Shown one piece after another: positions 29,099 through 38,403 of a stretch of DNA of 64,000 nucleotides (within the stretch, counting starts at the first letter, position 1; each line of letters starts with the position of its first letter). The position numbers and the translations under genes are program-made. Source of the DNA: Bacillota bacterium (GTDB lineage: Bacteria > Bacillota > JAAYKD01). The notes beneath the pieces were generated by a model that saw only the letters and a list, made by a program, of their open reading frames with translations, did no database searches and was not told the origin of the DNA. The DNA lies in assembly GCA_963666425.2 (NCBI GenBank), contig OY762825.2, positions 1,184,001 through 1,248,000 on the forward strand, given 5' to 3'.

Positions 29099-30688
29099 AT
29101 GAAAAAACGGTTTGCATCTGTTGTTTGTCTGTTGCTGGTTGCCGCTATACTGTTTGGCTGTAACACCACTCCGAAAAAAGAAGTTCCCACTTCGATTCGG
29201 ATCGGCACCTCGGCTGATATCATTCAACTGGTTCCTTTCCTTTCCACCGATGCCAATTCCAGTGATGTGCATCAATTGATTCATGATGGCTTAATCGCTT
29301 TCAAAGACAATTATGAAATCATCCCTGCCTTGGCCGAAACCTGGGAAACCTCAACCGATGGTAAGGTCTGGACCTTCCATTTAAGGAAAGGCGTAGTCTT
29401 CCACAATGGCGATCCCTTCACTTCTGCCGATGTCAAATTCACTTATGAGCAAATTCTCGATCCGAATACCAAGTCCAACGCCTATAAGAATTACTCTATC
29501 ATCGAAAAAATTGACACTCCCAATGATCTGACAGTCGTTTTCACACTCTCCAGTGCTTTTGGACCTTTCCTGGGTCGGATGAGTATGGGAATCCTGGACA
29601 AAAAGTACATTATCGATAACAAATTCAATACCAACAACTACAATGGCTACAACCAAGCTCCCGTTGGAACCGGTGCCTGGAAGATGAAAGAATGGGTTCC
29701 TGAAACAACTCTGACACTGGCAGCCAATGATACTTACTGGGGAACGAAACCGATTTTGAAAACTGTCGTCTTCAAACCGATTCCGGAAGCCTCTGTGCGG
29801 CTGATCGCCTTTAAAAACAGCGAAATTGACTACATTGCCGGTATTTCCCCGGATGATGTAGCGGCAGTTGCAGCGGAAACCAAGAAATACACGGTTTTCT
29901 CTTATGCTCAATTACGTTTTGCTTATCTTGCCTGGAACAACCAATATCAAGTCTTCCAGGATAAAGCGCTCCGTCAGGCACTCACTTATGCTACCGATAA
30001 AAACACCATCATTTCCAGCGTGCTGAACGGTTATGGGGTAAAAGCCAACACCACCTTTGCTCCCAACCACAGCTACTACACAGAAATCAAAGAACTCTAT
30101 CCGTATGATCCGGCCAAAGCCATTCAAACCCTGGAAGATGCCGGCTATACCAAAGGGACCGATGGTATTTATGTCAGCCCCACCGGTATCAAAGCTTCTT
30201 TTGAAACCTTAGTCAATGCCAGCGATGAAACCTTCACCCAAATCGCTCTCTTACTGCAGCAAAGCTTCAAAGCCATCGGCGTGGAAATGACAATTAAGAC
30301 CATGGAAAAGAGCGCCATGTATGCGATTATGGACGATGTGATTTTAAACGGCGCCGATAACGCCACCTATCAATCGATGGTAGGATCTATGGGACCGGAA
30401 GCGGATCCCGATCAATCGCGTTACCTGCATTCTGACGGCGGACTCAACGATTATCGTTATAAAAATGCTGAGGTTGATGCCATGCTGGATGCCGGCAAAG
30501 TGGAAACCGATCCTGCGAAACGCGCGGTCATCTATGATCAACTGCAAGCCTATCTTGCCAATGATCTGCCGATGCTCTTCTTATACTTCCCCTATGCCAA
30601 CAACGCACTCAGTAATTCCTTCACCGGTATGAATGCTTCACCCTACGGTTTACTGACCAATTTGAAGACTGTTGCACCCGTGAAATAA
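29099..30688 (+). CDS. Peptide/nickel ABC transporter substrate-binding lipoprotein (family 5)
   Basis: Lipobox LFGC; PALAETWE, WTFHLRKGVVFHNGDPFTSADVKFT; SD AGGAGG. Confidence 0.92.
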   Translation: MKKRFASVVCLLLVAAILFGCNTTPKKEVPTSIRIGTSADIIQLVPFLSTDANSSDVHQLIHDGLIAFKDNYEIIPALAETWETSTDGKVWTFHLRKGVVFHNGDPFTSADVKFTYEQILDPNTKSNAYKNYSIIEKIDTPNDLTVVFTLSSAFGPFLGRMSMGILDKKYIIDNKFNTNNYNGYNQAPVGTGAWKMKEWVPETTLTLAANDTYWGTKPILKTVVFKPIPEASVRLIAFKNSEIDYIAGISPDDVAAVAAETKKYTVFSYAQLRFAYLAWNNQYQVFQDKALRQALTYATDKNTIISSVLNGYGVKANTTFAPNHSYYTEIKELYPYDPAKAIQTLEDAGYTKGTDGIYVSPTGIKASFETLVNASDETFTQIALLLQQSFKAIGVEMTIKTMEKSAMYAIMDDVILNGADNATYQSMVGSMGPEADPDQSRYLHSDGGLNDYRYKNAEVDAMLDAGKVETDPAKRAVIYDQLQAYLANDLPMLFLYFPYANNALSNSFTGMNASPYGLLTNLKTVAPVK

Positions 30689-30720
30689 ACTTTGCTTTCC
30701 ATTCTTCACGAATCACAGAC

Positions 30721-30744
30721 AGGGGCCGTTTCATAACGGCCCCT
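30721..30744 (+). terminator. Hairpin after the substrate-binding protein gene
   Basis: aggggccgtt-tcat-aacggcccct. Confidence 0.6.
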
Positions 30745-31023
30745 TCTAATGCTCTTGCTGCCGCTCCAGGCTGCTTTTTCTCCGCTTGTCTTGCTGAAAG
30801 CGCCTTGATTTTGCCGCATTTGAACAATCAGACTGAAATCTTTAAAATAACACGTCCTTTCAGGCTTGCATACTTATTCGTTTGATAGTATATTATGCGG
30901 CAGACACTTGATTACGGCGTCAGCTGCTTTCCAACTTGCTTGCTTTTTTGAATTTAGATGCTTAAATATCCGCCTGACGGGTCAGCAGCCGTGACAGTGC
31001 GCATGAGAAAAGGGGTTCGCTCA

Positions 31024-31944
31024 ATGAAGAAATTTATCTTGCAGCGTACATTATTGGCTCTTCTTACTTTGTTCGGCATCACAGTGATCGTCTTCTCTTT
31101 GATGCATCTGGCACCGGGTGATCCGGTTTCTGTGATCGCAGGTCGGGAAACGGATGCTAAAATTGTTGCCGCAATTCGGAAAGAATGGGGTTTTGATCAA
31201 CCGATCTACATCCAATATTTTACTTGGCTGGGCAAAGCCCTGCAGGGTGATTTCGGTATGTCGTTTGTCAACCGCATGAATGTCACCGACTTGATTGCCT
31301 CACGGCTGCCCTATACGCTGAAATTGAATTTGATTGCTTCTGTCTTAGGTTTATGTATTGCTTTTCCGGTTGGTATTCTCTCCGCAGTCAGAAAATACTC
31401 TGTCTTTGATTATATTTCGACCTTTTTTGCTCTGCTCAGTCAGAGTATGCCGTCGTTTTGGCTATCGCTGATGATGATCTCTATTTTTAGCGCAAAACTC
31501 GGCTGGCTGCCTTCCTCCGGCAGTGATTCATGGCAGAATTATATCATGCCCGCTTTTGTGCTGGGCACCACCTGGGCTGCCGGCTTAACCAGGATCATCC
31601 GCAGTTCCATGCTGGAAGTTCTGGGGGAAGATTATGTGCGAACTGCCAGAGCCAAAGGCTTAAAAGAAAACGTTGTCGTCTATCGCCATGCTTTACGCAA
31701 CGCTATGATTCCGATTGCGACTTCTCTCGCCTATTGGATCGCTTATCTTGTCACCGGATCTGTCATTGTAGAGGTCATCTTTGCACTGCCCGGCATCGGC
31801 CGTCTGATGATCAGTTCTCTCTCCAATCGCGACTATTTTGTCGTGCAGGCGGTAATCCTGCTCACGTCGAGTGCTGTCTTGATCGCCAATCTGGCAGTGG
31901 ATATTCTCTATTGTGTTATTGATCCGCGTATTCGTTACGACTAA
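31024..31944 (+). CDS. Oligopeptide ABC permease, OppB/DppB type
   Basis: PGDP, GDFGMS, EDYVRTARAKGL EAA loop, DPRIRY. Confidence 0.92.
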   Translation: MKKFILQRTLLALLTLFGITVIVFSLMHLAPGDPVSVIAGRETDAKIVAAIRKEWGFDQPIYIQYFTWLGKALQGDFGMSFVNRMNVTDLIASRLPYTLKLNLIASVLGLCIAFPVGILSAVRKYSVFDYISTFFALLSQSMPSFWLSLMMISIFSAKLGWLPSSGSDSWQNYIMPAFVLGTTWAAGLTRIIRSSMLEVLGEDYVRTARAKGLKENVVVYRHALRNAMIPIATSLAYWIAYLVTGSVIVEVIFALPGIGRLMISSLSNRDYFVVQAVILLTSSAVLIANLAVDILYCVIDPRIRYD

Positions 31945-31956
31945 AGGAGAAGCGCT

Positions 31957-32877
31957 ATGATGATGAAAAAACAAACCATGCCATTGGATCAGAGTCCGGA
32001 AAAACTGGAAATGGAACTGATCACGGATGCCGATGCCAGCAGCGGATTAAAAGGAATCTGGTCGCGTTTCCGTAAGCATAAACTGGCTGTGGTCAGCTTA
32101 TTTATGATCGTTGCCCTGCTTTTAATTGCGTTGTTGGCTCCGATTTTATCCCCTTATAATCCGGATGCGGTAGATCCGATCAATCGCCTGGCGGGACCAA
32201 GCGCGGCGCATCTCTTAGGTCAGGATCAGCTGGGCCGTGATATCCTGAGCCGGATTATCTGGGGTTCGCGCGTTTCCTTAAGCGTCGGTTTTCTTGCCGG
32301 TTCAATTTCACTGGTAGTCGGTGTTGTTCTGGGTGCTTTAGCTGGCTTCTATGGCGGCTGGGTTGATAATGTGATCATGCGGGTTGCTGAGATTTTTGTG
32401 ACGATTCCGCAATTTTTACTGGTCATCGCGGTGGTAGCTGCTTTGGGACCGAGCCTGAATAATCTCATGATTGTCATTGGTCTGACTTCCTGGAACAGCT
32501 ATGCCCGTCAGGTGCGGGCGAAAGTCATGCAAATCAAGCAATTGGATTATACCGAAGCCGCCCGGGCTTTGGGTTGTGACGATAAACGGATCATCTTTAA
32601 GCATATCCTGCCCAACGCAGTCGTGCCGATCATCGTTACGGCCACCCTGAATATCGCCAGCGTCATTCTGCTGGAATCCAGCTTGACTTTCTTAGGGTTT
32701 GGCGCTCAGCCGCCGCAGTCCACTTGGGGCTCTATTCTGAATGAAGGCAGAGCCTACATTCTCAATGCGCCGCATATCTGCACTTATCCCGGTATCGCCA
32801 TTATGATCACGGTGCTGTCTTTCAATCTGATGGGTGACGGGTTACGGGATGCTTTGGACCCGAAAATGAAAATCTAA
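31957..32877 (+). CDS. Oligopeptide ABC permease, OppC/DppC type
   Basis: HLLGQDQLGRD, EAARALG, HILPN, GDGLRDALDP. Confidence 0.92.
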   Translation: MMMKKQTMPLDQSPEKLEMELITDADASSGLKGIWSRFRKHKLAVVSLFMIVALLLIALLAPILSPYNPDAVDPINRLAGPSAAHLLGQDQLGRDILSRIIWGSRVSLSVGFLAGSISLVVGVVLGALAGFYGGWVDNVIMRVAEIFVTIPQFLLVIAVVAALGPSLNNLMIVIGLTSWNSYARQVRAKVMQIKQLDYTEAARALGCDDKRIIFKHILPNAVVPIIVTATLNIASVILLESSLTFLGFGAQPPQSTWGSILNEGRAYILNAPHICTYPGIAIMITVLSFNLMGDGLRDALDPKMKI

Positions 32878-32911
32878 ATCGCAGCGTTTCAATTTCCAGT
32901 TCTTCTAAATC

Positions 32912-32964
32912 AACAGACAAGCAAAAGGGGCGGTGTTGCACACCGCCCCTTTTGTTTGTCTGTT
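32912..32964. terminator. Long bidirectional terminator
   Basis: aacagacaagcaaaaggggcggtg / caccgccccttttgtttgtctgtt between convergent genes. Confidence 0.8.
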
Positions 32965-32970
32965 TTCACT

Positions 32971-34275
32971 TTACCATTTTAATGGCAGTCTACCTTTTTC
33001 GATGTAAGCCGCCATTTCTGCCGGCGGAACCATGCCGCCGCCGGTTGACCATGCAAGATGCGTCGCATTGTTCCATTGCTGTTCAGTGAAGCGTTTATGG
33101 TAAGCTGCATCGCTTTGTGTGATCTGATAACCGAACAAACCGGCACAGGCAGAAGGTTCCAGGGCAATCCCTTCCGTATCATACAGCCGGGTCAGCATGG
33201 GATAGGCTTTGGCATCCTGCAGGGTATAGATACCGTCCAGACGATGACCGATGATACGGCCGATCAATTTGGACGGTCGTGCGACCGCCAAGCCATCCAT
33301 CGCCGTTTTACCGGATAAACCGATGTCCTGCACACAGATTTCATCATGCAGCCCGGTCGCCACGCCCAAAAGCATGCAAGGGGACTGCACCGGTTCGGCA
33401 AAAAAGCAATGCACATGACTGCCAAATTCCTGTTTTAGACCATAGGTAATTCCACCGGGACTGCCGCCGACACCGCAAGGCAAGTAAACAAACAGCGGAT
33501 GTTCCGCATCGACGCGGACTCCCGCCGCCAGCAGTTGGGCGGCTGTTCGCTTGCTTGCCACGCTGTAACCATAAAAAAGCGTAAAAGAATTTTCATCATC
33601 GACAAAATGGCAATTAGGGTCCAGGGCTGCCTGCTTACGCCCCTCCTGCACCGCCAGCATAAAGTCACCGTCATACTCCACCACACGCGCTCCTTTTGAG
33701 CGCAGTAAATCCTTTTTCCACTGACGCGCATCGGCAGACATATGTACTGTCACTTGAAAACCAAGTTTCGCACTGATGATGCCAATCGACAAGCCCAAAT
33801 TACCGGTCGAACCCACGGCCACCGCATATTGCGAAAACAGCCGATGAAACTGCGGTTCTGCCAAAATACTGTAGTCCTGATCCGGCTGCAGCATGCCTTT
33901 TTCCATGGCGATCTGCTCAGCCAAGACCAAAATTTCGTAAATTCCGCCGCGGGCCTTGATGGAACCGGAAATAGGCAGGGCATGATCGCCTTTCAGAAAA
34001 AAACGGCCAGTCAGAGCGATGGGAGATTCGCTGCGCAAAGAATCCGTCAGGCGGGGCAGCGGAATCAACTCTGACTCGATCAATCCTCCGTTGGCTGCCG
34101 TTTCCGGAAAGGCGATCATAAAATAAGCCGCAAAGCGCTGCAGACGTCTTCTGGCATCTTCCACTCCGTCTGGGCTGGCCAGAGAGGATTCTGTTTCCTG
34201 TAAATTCGGATTCAACCAAAAAATCTCCTCTGCCGCGGCCAAGTGCTGCAGCAACGGATTATTCGCTGTATTCAT
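32971..34275 (-). CDS. dsdA: D-serine ammonia-lyase
   Basis: [12 protein letters not shown] (PLP Lys), [34 protein letters not shown]. Confidence 0.93.
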   Translation of the reverse strand: MNTANNPLLQHLAAAEEIFWLNPNLQETESSLASPDGVEDARRRLQRFAAYFMIAFPETAANGGLIESELIPLPRLTDSLRSESPIALTGRFFLKGDHALPISGSIKARGGIYEILVLAEQIAMEKGMLQPDQDYSILAEPQFHRLFSQYAVAVGSTGNLGLSIGIISAKLGFQVTVHMSADARQWKKDLLRSKGARVVEYDGDFMLAVQEGRKQAALDPNCHFVDDENSFTLFYGYSVASKRTAAQLLAAGVRVDAEHPLFVYLPCGVGGSPGGITYGLKQEFGSHVHCFFAEPVQSPCMLLGVATGLHDEICVQDIGLSGKTAMDGLAVARPSKLIGRIIGHRLDGIYTLQDAKAYPMLTRLYDTEGIALEPSACAGLFGYQITQSDAAYHKRFTEQQWNNATHLAWSTGGGMVPPAEMAAYIEKGRLPLKW

Positions 34276-34278
34276 CTG

Positions 34279-34548
34279 CTATTCTCCTTCCAGCAAATCT
34301 GCCGCTCTTAAAGTGCGCAGCAGATCTGCGATGCTTTGCCGCGCCGTGCTTGCGTCCACTTCATATTCCGCCAACAACGCCTCGAGCAGCTGATCTTCAC
34401 TACTGCCCCACTCTAAAAGGCGCCAGAGAAAGGCTGCGGTTTCATTTAACTGGATCAAACCATTGAATTGTTCCGCTGCCTCTTCGACGGCGATGACGAC
34501 GGACTGCCCGGCATAGGGCCTTAAAAGGAATCCTTTTTTGATTTTCAT
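34279..34548 (-). CDS. Stand-alone PqqD-family protein (RiPP recognition element)
   Basis: 89 aa; LNETAAFLWRLL..LLAEYEVD..A..SI..LL..L pattern. Confidence 0.85.
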   Translation of the reverse strand: MKIKKGFLLRPYAGQSVVIAVEEAAEQFNGLIQLNETAAFLWRLLEWGSSEDQLLEALLAEYEVDASTARQSIADLLRTLRAADLLEGE

Positions 34549-35252
34549 GCTGACCCTCCTTTCATGGTACCATAAGCAAGTTCGACTGCCTCTGCCGAGA
34601 TGGTGCAGTTCAATTCGTAAATTGGTATCGTATCCGTGAAATATTGCAGTAAATCCAGCAGGTGCTGCATCGCCTGCGTTTCCGATGGCCGCAGCGTCTG
34701 ATTCAGCAGCATCGGCAGCAAACGGCTCTGCTCGAGCCTTCGGATACTGTTTTGGGAGCTCTGCCGCAGCAGACTGACAGCCCGCAGCGGCGCCTTGTCA
34801 TTGCTTTGCAATTGATGTTTTCCGCCCCAGGGTGTACCGTACACGACAAACCGCCCGTTTTGCAGCCGCAAAACGGGTTTGTCATCGTTGAGCATGCTCA
34901 CACGTTCCGCAAATCGCTGCCGCCAGAGCGCGGCATGCGTCGATTTACCTGTGCCGCTTGGAGCGGTGAATAAATAAGCTTCCTCATCCAGAGCCAGCGC
35001 CGAGGCATGCAGTAAAAAGCCGTCATAATCAAGCAAAGCCCGGCAAATTTGTCGCTGCAGACAGTTGCTCTCATGCAGTGCCGGTGGTAATTGCGGATCT
35101 TTCTGTTGTTCTGCCGCCAGCATGGCATCGCTCACGGTGATGATCACCTGTGCCGGAGCATCGCATTGATACGCGCGGCACAGGGTGTTCAATTCATCGA
35201 AGCGCGGGGTAAAACTGAAAACCAGATCGGCAATACGAAGATTTGACATCAT
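34545..35252 (-). CDS. HprK-related P-loop kinase-like protein
   Basis: LLHASA, APSGTGKST, LNDD, YGTPWGG; stop overlaps the pqqD-like start. Confidence 0.75.
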   Translation of the reverse strand: MMSNLRIADLVFSFTPRFDELNTLCRAYQCDAPAQVIITVSDAMLAAEQQKDPQLPPALHESNCLQRQICRALLDYDGFLLHASALALDEEAYLFTAPSGTGKSTHAALWRQRFAERVSMLNDDKPVLRLQNGRFVVYGTPWGGKHQLQSNDKAPLRAVSLLRQSSQNSIRRLEQSRLLPMLLNQTLRPSETQAMQHLLDLLQYFTDTIPIYELNCTISAEAVELAYGTMKGGSA

Positions 35253-35259
35253 ACAATGA

Positions 35260-36237
35260 CTATTTTAAAACTTCTTTGATCACGCGCAGGACATTGCCAT
35301 AGGCGATTTTTTCAATCTGCGCCTCGCTGAAGCCTGCTTTGCCGAGCGCGTCAAAAATGATCTGCATCTTTGACGCATCCTTCACTTCCAGGTTGCTGGT
35401 GATACCGTCAAAATCGGAACCCAAGCCCACACACTCAATACCGCCCAGCTGCACAAAATGCTGGATATGACGCACCATATCCGAGACCAGGCTGTCTTTG
35501 CTGCTGATGTCTGCGCTTAAGAAATTGGAGCAGAAATTGATTCCGGAAACGCCGCCGCTCTTCGCGAGCAGGGGGATCATTTCATCCGTTAGGTTGCGTT
35601 GATGTCCGGATAAGGCGCGGCAATTGGAATGAGACGCCACAAATGGCTTCTTGCTGAGACGGGCAACATCAAAAAAACCGCCGTCAGAAAGGTGAGAGAC
35701 ATCAACCAACATGCCTTTGTCATTCATCCATTCTACTGCTTCGCAGCCAAAGGCAGTTAACCCCTTGTTCATCACAGCCGCATCCAGTGAATTGGGGAAA
35801 CCAAAACAGTTGGCGTAATTCCAGGTGAAGGAGATCAGTCGAACGCCCAAATCATAATAATGCTGCAGCCGATCAAAGCTTCCTTCTACCGGACGGCCGT
35901 CTTCAATGGTTAAAAAGGCCGACATCTTGCCTGCTTTGTTGTTGGCCTGCAGATCGGCCGCATTGCGCGCAAAACCGATCAGATCGCTGTGTTTGCCGAT
36001 TTCCCGCAACAGAGCAGCCTGCATCATGTCAATCATCACATCATCCGGCGGCAGTTCGTGACCTCTCTCTTTTGCCTGTGCGCGGGGCGGCAGGAACATG
36101 GCGAAGAACTGCGCCATATAATCGCCTTTCTGCATTTTTTGAAAGTCAATATTCAAGTCGTTGGCAAAAAGATTAAATTCATCCGGTTTGCGGTAGGCGC
36201 CGCCTAAAGTATCACAATGCATATCAATGATTTTCAT
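35260..36237 (-). CDS. Membrane dipeptidase family (peptidase M19)
   Basis: DMHCD, TIEDG, DVSHLSD, ASHSN, RNLTDE, GSDFDG; ATG at 36237. Confidence 0.92.
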   Translation of the reverse strand: MKIIDMHCDTLGGAYRKPDEFNLFANDLNIDFQKMQKGDYMAQFFAMFLPPRAQAKERGHELPPDDVMIDMMQAALLREIGKHSDLIGFARNAADLQANNKAGKMSAFLTIEDGRPVEGSFDRLQHYYDLGVRLISFTWNYANCFGFPNSLDAAVMNKGLTAFGCEAVEWMNDKGMLVDVSHLSDGGFFDVARLSKKPFVASHSNCRALSGHQRNLTDEMIPLLAKSGGVSGINFCSNFLSADISSKDSLVSDMVRHIQHFVQLGGIECVGLGSDFDGITSNLEVKDASKMQIIFDALGKAGFSEAQIEKIAYGNVLRVIKEVLK

Positions 36238-36468
36238 CTGGGAGAACCCTTCTTTCACTATATTTGCTTCTTCTTTCGTCAAATCATATTGAATTCCTGC
36301 TTTCCGTGCAGAATAGTCCATACCTTTTTCGCTCTCTGTTTAATCGTTTTTGTTCTGTGTTGCTTTAGTTTTATAGTCGTCTACGCCGGTAGTTCTATCA
36401 GGGCAGGTGGTTAAGATATTTATTCTTTCTATTATTAATGTTAATGTAAATTTATTTAACCTTCACCC

Positions 36469-36497
36469 TTGACAGTACAAAAATAAAATGCTATACT
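36469..36497 (+). promoter_or_regulatory. sigma-A promoter of the ABC exporter pair
   Basis: TTGACA-N17-TATACT with extended -10 TG. Confidence 0.75.
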
Positions 36498-36582
36498 CGC
36501 TCTGAAATCAGTGATCCTTTAAGAGATCAGCGAACGATTGATACACCTTTCACTTTGCGAAATGAAGAAAAGAGGCAACACG

Positions 36583-38403
36583 ATGCAAGAAAGCAAAGAA
36601 AAGACCACCTATTCCCTCAAACAAAATCTGATCTGGCTGGCTCGCTATACTTGGCAGACCGACCGCAGCTTGTACCTTTATTTTATCGCATTTACCTTGA
36701 TCAGCGCTGTGAAACCGTTTATTGTCATTTTCTTTCCCAAATTCCTGCTGCAGGAATTAATGGGACCAGCCAATGTGAGCCGCTTGATCGCTTTACTGGC
36801 TGCCTTCTTTCTCAGCGCAGCCCTCTGCAATTTCGCTTTTGCTCGCCTTTCTGCCGACTACCAAGGTCGCCTGATCGCCTTAAGACTGACCGTGATTTTG
36901 AAACTGCAAAAAAAATGTATGGAGACTGATTTTCAAAATACCGAAGACCCCGCTTTTCTTACCGCTATGGAAGCGGCTTCCAACGGAATGGATGGCAACG
37001 GTCTCGGTTTTGAAGGAATGCTGCGCAAAATCTTCGAAATTTCCGGCAGCCTGCTGGCTTTTCTCGGTTACGCAGCGATTGTTGGCCGCTTGCATCTTTT
37101 CGTGCTGATCTACTTGCTGCTGAACGTGATCGTTTCCTATTACTTTACACTGAATGCGAAGACTTTCGAATATAAAATGAAAGACATTTTAGCCGATTTC
37201 AACCGACGCTATCAATATTTCTATAAAACCATGTATGATTTCAGTTACGGCAAAGAACTTCGCCTTTTGGGTTTGCGCAAACGGATGACCCGGCAGGCAG
37301 CAGAACAGCAAAGTAATCTGCTGAAGACTCGTCAAGCCATCTATTTCGTCAATTTCAAAGCGAATTTAGCCGATGTCCTGCTGATGCTGCTGCGGGAAGG
37401 CATCATTTATTATTATCTGATTCGGATGGTGGTCAACGGCAGTTTAGGTATCGCAGATTTTACGATGTATTTTGCCACTGTTGCTGCTTTTGCGAATTGG
37501 TTTACCGGCATTGTAACGAATTTCGCTTTTTTACGGGCACAAAATTTCTATCTGACCGATATCCGCAACTTCCAGGATCAGCCGGATCTACTGGTCAGCA
37601 CCAACCGGCGTCCTTTGCCCGCAGCGCCTTACCGCATTGAATTCCGGGATGTTTCTTTCCATTATCCCCGCAGTAAGAACGAAATTTATCATCATATGAA
37701 TCTGGTCATTCCTGCCGGCCAGAAACTGGCCATCGTCGGCCGCAACGGTGCCGGCAAAACCACCTTCATCAAGCTGCTTTGCCGGCTTTACGATGTAACG
37801 GAAGGTGAAATTTTATTGAACGGTATTAACATCAAAGAATTTGACCGCCGCGAGTACTATCGGCTTTTCTCTACCGTGTTTCAGGAGATCAAGCCACTGG
37901 CTTTCACAATCGCAGAAAATGTCAGTGTCAGCGAAAGTGACGAAATCGATTTTGCACGTTTGCAGCGAGCCTTGAGCGAGGCGGATATCGCCGATCGCAT
38001 TGCTCATTTAAAAAACAAAACCAACACATCCATGCTGAAAATTCTTGACCCCGAAGGGCTGGAATTCTCCGGCGGAGAAAACCAACGCATCGCCATTGCC
38101 CGTGCCTTCTACAAGCAAGGAGAGATTTTGGTTTTAGACGAACCGACTGCCGCCCTGGACGCTCTGGCCGAAGCCAATATCTATCAGCATTTCGATCAGG
38201 CAGTCCATCAGCGTACGGCAATTTACATCTCGCACCGGCTGGCATCCACCTTCTTCTGCGACAGGATTGCTTTGTTTGAAAATGGACAGGTTGTCGAATC
38301 CGGCAGCCATGCGGAATTGATGGCGAAGCAGGGTAAGTACGCCGATATGTTCGAAACGCAAAGTCGGTATTACAAGGAAGAAGCGGAGGTGGCAAATCAA
38401 TGA
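36583..38403 (+). CDS. ABC exporter, fused TMD-NBD, subunit 1
   Basis: TM region, GRNGAGKTT, FSGGE, LDEPTAALD, ISHRL. Confidence 0.92.
   Translation: MQESKEKTTYSLKQNLIWLARYTWQTDRSLYLYFIAFTLISAVKPFIVIFFPKFLLQELMGPANVSRLIALLAAFFLSAALCNFAFARLSADYQGRLIALRLTVILKLQKKCMETDFQNTEDPAFLTAMEAASNGMDGNGLGFEGMLRKIFEISGSLLAFLGYAAIVGRLHLFVLIYLLLNVIVSYYFTLNAKTFEYKMKDILADFNRRYQYFYKTMYDFSYGKELRLLGLRKRMTRQAAEQQSNLLKTRQAIYFVNFKANLADVLLMLLREGIIYYYLIRMVVNGSLGIADFTMYFATVAAFANWFTGIVTNFAFLRAQNFYLTDIRNFQDQPDLLVSTNRRPLPAAPYRIEFRDVSFHYPRSKNEIYHHMNLVIPAGQKLAIVGRNGAGKTTFIKLLCRLYDVTEGEILLNGINIKEFDRREYYRLFSTVFQEIKPLAFTIAENVSVSESDEIDFARLQRALSEADIADRIAHLKNKTNTSMLKILDPEGLEFSGGENQRIAIARAFYKQGEILVLDEPTAALDALAEANIYQHFDQAVHQRTAIYISHRLASTFFCDRIALFENGQVVESGSHAELMAKQGKYADMFETQSRYYKEEAEVANQ

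Noticed and set aside
36238-36582. Search for a RiPP precursor between the dipeptidase and ABC genes
   Set aside because: No short ORF with an SD and a leader-like (YxxP) motif; the region is explained by promoters
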